Assembly: GCA_030141605.1 (NCBI GenBank)
Contig: JAQGDQ010001528.1
Coordinates: 1-36,017, forward strand
Direction: 5' to 3'
DNA length: 36,017 nucleotides
Source: Tubiluchus corallicola
Lineage: Eukaryota > Animalia > Priapulida
Shown piece by piece: positions 26,202-36,017 of the stretch; the stretch's first letter is position 1; the number at the start of each line of letters is the position of its first letter. The translations under genes and the position numbers were made by a program. Below the pieces are notes generated by a model, which was not told where the DNA came from, ran no database searches, and worked only from the letters and a program-made list of their open reading frames with translations.

Positions 26202-28215
26202 TCTCACTGTAATCACTGTACTTCTCTTACACTTAAGAATTTTATTATTTCAGCCTATTGCTACTGGGCATGCATCCGTTCGTTCTACCGATGCATTACT
26301 GCTGTCCATGCTGTTGCGTTTATCTACCGCTAGCTTTTGAGCCATAAAGCAAAACAGACCCAGATCCAGTATCTTACTTCATCGTACGCGCTAAGTATTT
26401 GTTGACATTCCTTGTTTGACATGACTGGACTAAATGAATAGCCTGTAACATACTAAAGTCACGGTCACTGTGAAATAGCGAATGCTAATTGGTGATAAAG
26501 ACTGATGCGTGCGCATGCGTGAGATTACAGCAAAGTAGAGGATGTACATATTCTGTTTTACGTTGCTTAGTTTAAAATGGGAAAAAGGTATTTTAAAGTA
26601 CAGCTCAATGCACTTTTCGTACAAAGTCACATTACTTACCATTACGCTAACATTTTGAAAAATTTACTAAATTGGCAAAGAAAATTCATCCAAATCGAGT
26701 TTAAATGAAGAGATGGCTTGTTTGGGCTTTCAAAAACCAAATGTAAATTCAAAGCCTTGATTAAATTTTGCTCTTTCTTTGCTCTTTATTCTCCAAAACT
26801 CTTCACTTCACAGTAGGCCTCTAACCCAGGTCAAATTGATCACGTGATTAGGCCAGAGATCGCCACAAGGTGGCCAAGGCCGACAACAAGCGAAGGCTGC
26901 TAAGTATGCTAATGCTAGATTTCCAGTACATGGTTATTTGTTCTGTTTTAACTTCTTTAATTTAAAGGACAAGAAAGGGGTATGAAAAAGTACATATCAA
27001 CGAATTTTTCATACAAAGTTACATTACTTAGCATTACGTTTATTTGTTTGAAAAACTCGTGTAATTGAAAAAAAACTTTTTAATAATCCCTGCCAAGACG
27101 GCACCGCATCGCAATCCCAGTGTGCACCACTGACTGACAAATAAACACATTATTGAGCTGATTAACAACATAAAGTAATTTAAACTTTTGCTTAGCTAGC
27201 TAAGATTGTGCTACGAATGATCTGTTTCTTTTTCAAACTTTACACAATCTTATCTAAACTTATTTCAAAGGACTTACCGTTAAAATGGCTGCGCCTAGCG
27301 GTCTTCGCGGGATTTTCAATTTACAAATTTTCTACAGCATTACTGCTTACGCAAGCTCTGTATGAAATAAGGCAGCAAGCAAGTAATACCAACTTTATTT
27401 AAAAAGAGTGTTTTCTTGTGATTAAAAAGTTCATTTTTATACAGATTGCCCAAATTGTGGGAACAATTGGTCTCAAATGGGGTGGTAGAAACATAGAAAG
27501 AGGTCCAAAATATCAAATTTTTATAACTAACCTTCTAGTACAAGGACGTATCTATTAACGTTCATCTTGAATCGAGTGAAGTTGTACTAAGGGAGAAAAA
27601 ATCTAATGAGGAATTACACAGATAAGAAGTCCGAAGAAAAACCTAGAGTTATGAGTTGTAGTATTCCGTTTAAAGATGTTCAATATAAAAGTACTAAACA
27701 TACTAATTGAAACAGTAATGTCATATCAAAATTATTAAGGAGTTGGTCTGTTATTTGATCAATGCTTAGCGAAATAGTTGATTACTTAACAAGAGATGTA
27801 CAAATTATCTATTTATCTCTATTGGCTTGACTTGTCTCATTTATTATTGTTTTCTTCTTTATTTTATTTTCTCTATTTTGTCTCAGTTACGCAAATCGTT
27901 TGTGTGATAACAAAAAAAATCACCTCAGGTTTAATTAATACTTGTTTTGATGAAATGCATATAAACTTCATTCAAATATCGCGGTGTTGTTAATTCCATG
28001 CTGTTTTAAATCGTTCACAACTTCATAGCCAGCATTCACCGGTGGTGCCATGTCGTTTTGAATAGTTGTGGAAGGACTGGTATCTATCTTATTTCTTATT
28101 TTCAATTATAAAATTTCAAAATAAAACGTTGGATAGCAGAAACGTTTCCGTCGCATTTGGATCTGCATTTCATCTTTCTTCTTATAGATAAATACTCATG
28201 GTCAATATAGCAGTT

Positions 28216-28327
28216 GAAAGCACGAAAATTTAACCCAGCAATCATCTATCCATTCACTGACCAGGGTATGTGTTGCTTAACTTCAGTGGCAATGCGAATG
28301 CTGTAACAACATGAGTATTGGCCTCGC
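28216..28327 (-). pseudogene. 5S rRNA-derived sequence (pseudogene or SINE3-type head)
   Basis: Minus strand GGCCAATACTCATGTTG...CACTGAAGTTAAGCAACAC..CCTGGTCAGTGAATGGATAGATGATTGCTGGG is collinear with invertebrate 5S (GGCCATACCACGTTG...CACCGAAGTTAAGCAACG...CCGGTTAGTACTTGGATGGGTGACCGCCTGGG). Confidence 0.7.
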
Positions 28328-28411
28328 ATTAAACTACTTGAAAGCATTTTAGCTAAAACAAAATTTAGTAGCGAAGTAACTAACGATGCAGAATCAGAAG
28401 AAATGCTACGT

Positions 28412-29031
28412 TTAAAGCAAAACCGAACCCAATCTTAAATTGCAGGTCAAAACAATCTACTCTTTAAAATATTGAAAGTAAACATACCACTTTTTTCAAA
28501 AATGGTTTACGTGAAAGAATTATTACCACACAAACACGATTTCACGTTCGCACCATTAGTTCTTCTCTGTTACATGCATTTCGCCATTCGATTGTTAGAT
28601 GGGTACTAGCGAAATAATTTGGGAAACGCATTGCACAAAAAACAGATGCTGTACCTCTCAGTTCAAATGTGTTGGTTTGTGACGAACTGTACACGTTCGA
28701 CAGCAATTGCGTGAGAACAGCGGTAAATGTGAAACTTTATCTTAAAACTTGCCTAGTTTTAATGCAACACACTGAATATCTTACAGTAGCACTGTACTTT
28801 AATTTTCACTTTTATAAACACGCACTACACGCTCGCAAAATACTTTTGCTGTTGAAAATTATGTTAGTTTGTGATGTCATGAATAGTTGGCCTAGCCCGA
28901 CTTTAATTAAGTTTTTAATCTATTATTTAATTATCAGAAACGTTTTGCAGCATTAATTGTGTTAAAAGGTCTACTTTTTATTGGACTTGAAAATAGGGAA
29001 GTATTTGAAAAACCATCCTGTCTTCCTTTAA
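28412..29031 (+). mobile_element. Kolobok-like MITE module A, stand-alone full-length copy
   Basis: TTAA-AGCAAAACCGAACC ... TCCTGTCTTCCT-TTAA. Not followed by module B. Confidence 0.8.
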
Positions 29032-29455
29032 ATTAACACGGCTGTTTTGAAACAGAGAAAATGTGTCTTTTATCTGTTCAATATCTACGCTCGATGTAAA
29101 GTTTGACCATTAGCCAACTGCTTTTAGCAGTTCTGATGGCTGGAACAGATGCACTGTGCTGTAATGCAAAAGAAATCCCAGCATTACTGAAGACAAATTG
29201 TTTCCCAAATTCAATCCCGGCAGCTCAAACCCGTTACTAAAAGTGAGTTTTCGTAATGGCGTTAACCTTTAAAATTCAATTCCGTTGTTATTCGACATCA
29301 AACTCTAGATAAATCGTTTCTGCTTATTCCAAATGTCACTTTCACTTACAGAAACATGAGAATAAAACTGATATAATACTCAGCGAATATCACAGGATTT
29401 CTGCTAGTTAAGTGTCCATACTGTCAACGAGTGCTTCGTGTAAGCTCGTCACAAA

Positions 29456-30805
29456 CTGACAGTCATAAGTTTATCTGTAGGAGTGCGTGTTTGAACATTG
29501 TTACTGGCAGTAATAAGTTTATCTATAGGAGTGCGTGTTTGAACATTGTTACTGGCAGTAATAAGTTTATCTATAGGTGTGTGTGAACATTGTTACTGGC
29601 AGTAATAAGTTTATCTATAGGAGTGCGTGTTTGAACATTGTTACTGGCAGTAATAAGTTTATCTATAGGAGTGCGTGTTTGAACATTGTTACTGGCAGTC
29701 ATAAGTTTGCCTATAGGTGTGTTGGCCTTGAACATTGTTACTGGCAGTAATAAGTTTATCTATAGGAGTGCGTGTTTGAACATTGTTACTGGCAGTCATA
29801 AGTTTGCCTATAGGTGTGTGTGAACATTGTTACTGGCAGTCATAAGTTTATCTATAGGTGTGTGTGAACATTGTTACTGGCAGTAATAAGTTTATCTATA
29901 GGAGTTCGTGCTGTGAACATTGTTACTGGCAGTCATAAGTTTGCCTATAGGTGTGTGTGAACATTGTTACTGGCAGTCATAAGTTTATCTATAGGAGTGC
30001 GTGTTTGAACATTGTTACTGGCAGTAATAAGTTTATCTATAGGAGTGCGTGTGTGAACATTGTTACTGGCAGTCATAAGTTTATCTACAGGCCTGTGTGA
30101 ACATTGTTACTGGCAGTCATAAGTTTATCTATAGGAGTGTGTGAACATTGTTACTGGCAGTCATAAGTTAATCTATAGGCGTGTGTGAACATTGTTAACT
30201 GGCAGTCATGAGTTTATCTACAGGCGTGTGTGAACATTGTTACTGGCAGTCATAAGGTAATCTATAGGCGTGTGTGTTTGAACATTGTTACCGGCAGTCT
30301 TAGGTTTATCTATAGGAGTGTGTGAAAATTGTTACTGGCAGTCTTAGGTTTATCTATAGGAGTGTGTGAACATTGTTACTGGCAGTCATAAGTTAATCTA
30401 TAGGAGTGTGTGAACATTGTTACTGGCAGTCATAAGTTTATCTATAGGAGTGTGTGAACATTGTTACTGGCAGTCATAAGTTTATCTACAGGCGTGTATG
30501 TTTGAACATTGTTAACGGCAGTCATAAGTTTATCTATAGGAGTGTGTGACATTGTTACTGGCAGTCATAAGTTTATCTATAGGAGTGTGTGAACATTGTT
30601 ACTGGCAGTCATAAGTTTATCTACAGGCGTGTGTGTTTGAACATTGTTACCGGCAGTCATAAGTTTATCTATAGGAGTGTGTGAACATTGTTACTGGCAG
30701 TCATAAGTTTATCTACAGGCCTGGGTGAACATTGTTACTGGCAGTCATAAGTTTATCTACAGGCCTGGGTGAACATTGTTACTGGCAGTCATAAATTAAT
30801 CTATG
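29456..30805. repeat. Minisatellite, 44-48 bp unit, ~30 copies
   Basis: Tandem GAACATTGTTACTGGCAGT(A/C)ATAAGTTTATCTATAGGAGTG(C/T)GTG(TTT). Length varies in the GT-rich part. Confidence 0.97.
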
Positions 30806-31354
30806 AGATCTATTAGTCTCAGTCATAAGACGTAAAGCAACACAGCAGGATCGAAGAAATCATGTAATATTTTACGACAAAAAATTGTCTCGCTTCCCAA
30901 ATCACGACGTGACGGCAGGTCATTCTGTAGTTTTCTTGTGCCTTAAAATTTTAAAACGACTATCAGGAGCATTAACCAGAAAATATTTCATGTGTAAAGT
31001 AAATTATCACTTCATTAAAAGCTGATATAACGAGAAATGACTAAGTTAAAGCTTATAAAGCAAACAATTTAATTTCAAACTAACTAGACTGGCACCATTG
31101 CTTAAACAAATAAGAAAGTGTAAAATTAACAAGTATTTCATAACAAGGAGTTTTCTGACCCAGTGCAAAATTTTCTTTCAATAGACAAACAACAGAAAAA
31201 GCCATGAAGTGAATTTAAACATCTGAAACTAGTTCAAGTTTAACATTATGTAATTAGGAAGTCATCTTTGCTAGCCAATCACAGGCCACCATACAAACCA
31301 ACATAATGCGTCATAAGCTTTGCGCCATTTCTTTGATGCGGCTGTGTATTATAA

Positions 31355-31722
31355 CGGCGCGTTCAAACTAGCGCAAGTTTTCTCTCTAACAGTAAAGCAA
31401 ACTTGTAAGCGTGAACTGTTTTATGTATTCCTGACGGCAAGTTATTGCAAACTTTCCGACAGTTGCGGCGAGTCGATTTACTGTCTAGTTTGGACGCCTT
31501 GGCGAGTTACTGTCTAGTGTGAACGCCTTGGCGAGTTACTGTCTAGTGTGAACGCCTTGGCGAGTTACTCTCAACACTTCTCAATGAATACAGGAGTGAG
31601 TGTCGGGTTGCGCTTACTGTCGGAGAGCAACTCGCCGCAAGTGTTACCCTGCAGTATGAACATGCCTGCGAGTTATCTGGCTAAATTACTTGGTGAGAAA
31701 ACTCGCTAGTCTGAACGCGCCC
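31355..31722. mobile_element. PIF/Harbinger-like MITE (368 bp)
   Basis: TIRs GGCGCGTTCAAACTAGCGCAAGTTTTTCTC / GAGAAAACTCGCTAGTCTGAACGCGCC, flanked by TAA and TTA (TWA-type target). Internal 29-bp x3 tandem repeat at 31479-31569. Confidence 0.75.
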
Positions 31723-31887
31723 TTAGATTTCCGAACAACCGTTCTGTATGAAACAACCGTTGTGAATAGCAACGCCTTGGCAACTTAGGAGGAGTCAAAT
31801 GGAAACTTGTACAATGTACAATATAAAAACGACAAACACAAGAACATCGATTACTTTGACTTTTTTCAAAACTAGAGGTTATTTTTG

Positions 31888-33105
<1,218 letters not shown>

Positions 33106-33669
33106 TCAGTTTGTACAATGTCGCAACTACATTATTCATTCCAAAACAATCGAATTTTTAATTCCAAATTAATAACACAAAAACTAACACAGTTGAATTG
33201 TTAGTAATTTAGAATCCAACTTTTCGAACACATCACTCACATGAATTTTAGAATTCTTCTTCTTCTTCTTCTTCAGCTGCTCTAAACATCTATTGTAGAC
33301 ATGGAGCCTCTATCCTTTATTAGAACACTCCACTGTTTCCTGTTTGCAGCTAAAATTTTCAGTTCCTGTGATGCCATTGTTAAGTTCGGTTCCAGGTGCT
33401 GTAAATCTTTAATTCTTGATATCCAAGTTGTTTTTGTTTTGCCTGGAGGTTGTTTAGCGAATTTTAGAATTGTCTGCTTGATAATCGTTCGTTCTTTGCA
33501 TTATTTATTTTACATTAAATTTTATTTTAAACATGGTTTATTTATTTTGGAATAGACAGCTTTTAAAACTGATACACGAATCGTCACCGTGCAAATATAA
33601 GTACAAGCAGAAGTGCAGAAAAAATAAAGTGATATAGATACTAATAAACTCAACTAGATATAAATACTG

Positions 33670-34235
33670 ACTTAACTACTTCAAACATATTGTCTAGGAT
33701 ATTACGGTTGCCAGAGTTGAAGGTTAAATAACTCGAAAATACATTTTCTTGATACAGCTTGGAATATAGCTATCATTAAAATTATGGAAACTACTGTATA
33801 GAGCTCACACTTACGTTTTACCCCATACTGCTGGTACCGTTCAGCCCCGATAAGCATTTTGCAAAACGGTTTCTTGAATTCTATGTAGCATGTAAAAATA
33901 GTAGTAACTCGATTTATAACTTTACTGCCAAACATACATTATTTGACGTAAACTCAATAATGTGTTTCAATTTGCATAAAATTGTTATAGAAAATAATGT
34001 TACTCTAGAAGATGTAATTACAAATTTTCATGTATTTTCTCGTAAAATTGTAAAAAGATGCGAGTTAAGTTCCAGTCAGTTAGCGAGAATAAACTTATCA
34101 AAGGATTGTGTAAATTATATTGACAACAGGAATTTTAATTTTTTATCAAAGTATCAATTGAGAAAGATGTTAGAATATGTGGTATCTTTTTAAATTAATT
34201 GCTTTGTCTTCTTCTATGTAAATAATATTCGTGCA

Positions 34236-34316
<81 letters not shown>

Positions 34317-34435
34317 CAGTGTTTAATATTTATTTTTACTTTTACTACCAGTCTACTAATTTTTTTAATTGAACCACTTATGTAACTTAACTGTAGATGT
34401 TTGTTCGAAAATAAATGATGTTAATAATAAACAAA
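33670..34435 (+). mobile_element. Decayed non-LTR retrotransposon 3' region containing a (GTT)n tract
   Basis: Frameshifted remnants FQTYCLGYYGCQS..LDTAWNIAIIKI and HFAKRFLEFYVACKNSSNSI resemble the post-RT region of LINEs. Ends with AATAAA and an A-rich tail. Confidence 0.55.
34237..34316. repeat. (GTT)n microsatellite
   Basis: Directly visible. Confidence 0.99.
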
Positions 34436-35094
34436 GACGTATACAATTATACATTGAAAGTTAGCAGCTGTGATACAATGAATAATATAACAATTAAATA
34501 ACAACTGCAGCTGTCTTAAAATTTTCCATAAATACGTAAAAGGGACCTAAGTTCTGATCACATCAAAACGTTTTGGGCTCCTAATGTAATTTTGAATGAC
34601 ATCAAAAATTCTACAGTTAACAGCAACATTGAATTAAATGTTAAATTTAAATTTTGCAACGTTAAATTTTGCAACTGTAAATGTAGAGCTCTAAATTAAT
34701 GTCTGAATTTCAAATGCAAAGCGGAAACCGGAAACGATTGACAATTGTTTCATCATCAGTTATTCACTTTGGCTTAACGAATCATAAATTAGTATTAAAA
34801 CAACAACTTAAAGTAATTAATCAAGCGCACAGCACATCGAAATTGATTATGATGACATAATAATATGAACATTGCTTAATAATCTGCATCGTTACGAAAA
34901 TGCACATGAATTCACAGTTTAGTGCAAAACACTAATATAGGCCTAGGGGCGCACGATAAGTTTGGTACAAGTAAGTTCGATACAGGTGAGTTTGGAACTG
35001 GTAATTTTGGTACAGCGAAAATATGCTACTAACGAAGTTTTTTCAGATATTTTTGGTACAAATAAATATGGTACAGGTAAAAATGATACGGAAC

Positions 35095-36017
35095 AAGTTT
35101 GACACTAGGAAAGTTTAGTACTCGGAAAGTTTGGTACTAGGAAAGTTTAGTACTCGGAAAGTTTGGTACTATGAAAGTTTAGACTCGGAAGGTTTGGTAC
35201 TAAGAAAGTTTAGACTCGGAAAGTTTGGTACTAAGAAAGTTTAGACTCGGAAAGTTTGGTACTAGGAAAGTTTAGTACTCGGAAAGTTTGGTACTATGAA
35301 AATTTAGACTCGGAAAGTTTGGTACTAAGAAAGTTCAATACTCGGAAAGTTTGGTACTAAGAAAGTTTAGACTCGGAAAGTTTGATACTAGGAAAGTTTA
35401 GACTCGGAAAGTTTGGTACTAGGAAAGTTTAGACTCGGAAAGTTTGGTACTTGGAAAGTTTAGACTCGGAAAGTTTGGTACTAGGAAAGTTTAGTACTCG
35501 AAAAGTTTGGTACTATGAAAATTTAGACTCGGAAGGTTTGGTACTAGGAAAGTTTAGACTCGAAAAGTTTGGTACTAGGAAAGTTTAGACTCGGAAGGTT
35601 TGGTACTATGAAAGTTTAGACTCGAAAAGTTTGGTACTATGAAAATTTAGACTCGGAAGGTTTGGTACTAGGAAAGTTTAGACTCGAAAAGTTTGGTACT
35701 AGGAAAGTTTAGACTCGGAAGGTTTGGTACTATGAAAGTTTAGACTCGAAAAGTTTGGTACTATGAAAATTTAGACTCGGAAGGTTTGGTACTAGGAAAG
35801 TTTAGACTCGAAAAGTTTGGTACTAGGAAAGTTTAGACTCGGAAGGTTTGGTACTATGAAAGTTTAGACTCGAAAAGTTTGGTACTATGAAAATTTAGAC
35901 TCGGAAGGTTTGGTACTAGGAAAGTTTAGACTCGAAAAGTTTGGTACTAGGAAAGTTTAGACTCGGAAGGTTTGGTACTATGAAAGTTTAGACTCGAAAA
36001 GTTTGGTACTATGAAAA
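35095..36017. repeat. Satellite, 31-32 bp unit (15+16 bp subunits), with a 124-bp higher-order repeat; runs off the window
   Basis: GGAAAGTTTAGACTC-GGAAAGTTTGGTACTA. The variant TACTATGAAAA recurs at 35511, 35635, 35759, 35883 and 36007. Confidence 0.98.

Noticed and set aside
27968-28105. Short minus-strand frame ...MAPPVNAGYEVVNDLKQHGINNTAIFE*
   Set aside because: No recognisable domain and no good splice acceptor, and it is too short to support.
29456-30805. CRISPR-like appearance of this and the other ~45-bp arrays
   Set aside because: Units are head-to-tail with no unique spacers, there are no cas genes, and the context is eukaryotic.

Overview
AT-rich, repeat-dominated eukaryotic (metazoan, probably invertebrate) genomic DNA. 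There is one confident protein-coding gene: an intact, coding-intronless 4-hydroxyphenylpyruvate dioxygenase (HPD) on the minus strand (31888-33060). The rest is a ~2.4 kb direct segmental duplication (1-2417 / 9020-11442), four copies of a TTAA-flanked Kolobok-like MITE, a PIF/Harbinger-like MITE, decayed LINE 3' ends, a 5S-derived fragment, five minisatellite/satellite arrays and very long microsatellites that generate most of the spurious ORFs. The most interesting part is 14.0-16.1 kb. It holds (i) a 5'-truncated Penelope-like retroelement with a GIY-YIG remnant, inverted pseudo-LTRs, a candidate 8-bp TSD and a minimal hammerhead-ribozyme motif in each arm, and (ii) three tandem degenerate tRNA-like units, one preceded by a hammerhead-like motif whose predicted cleavage site falls exactly at tRNA position +1. 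All alignments and folds were done by eye, so boundaries are approximate.
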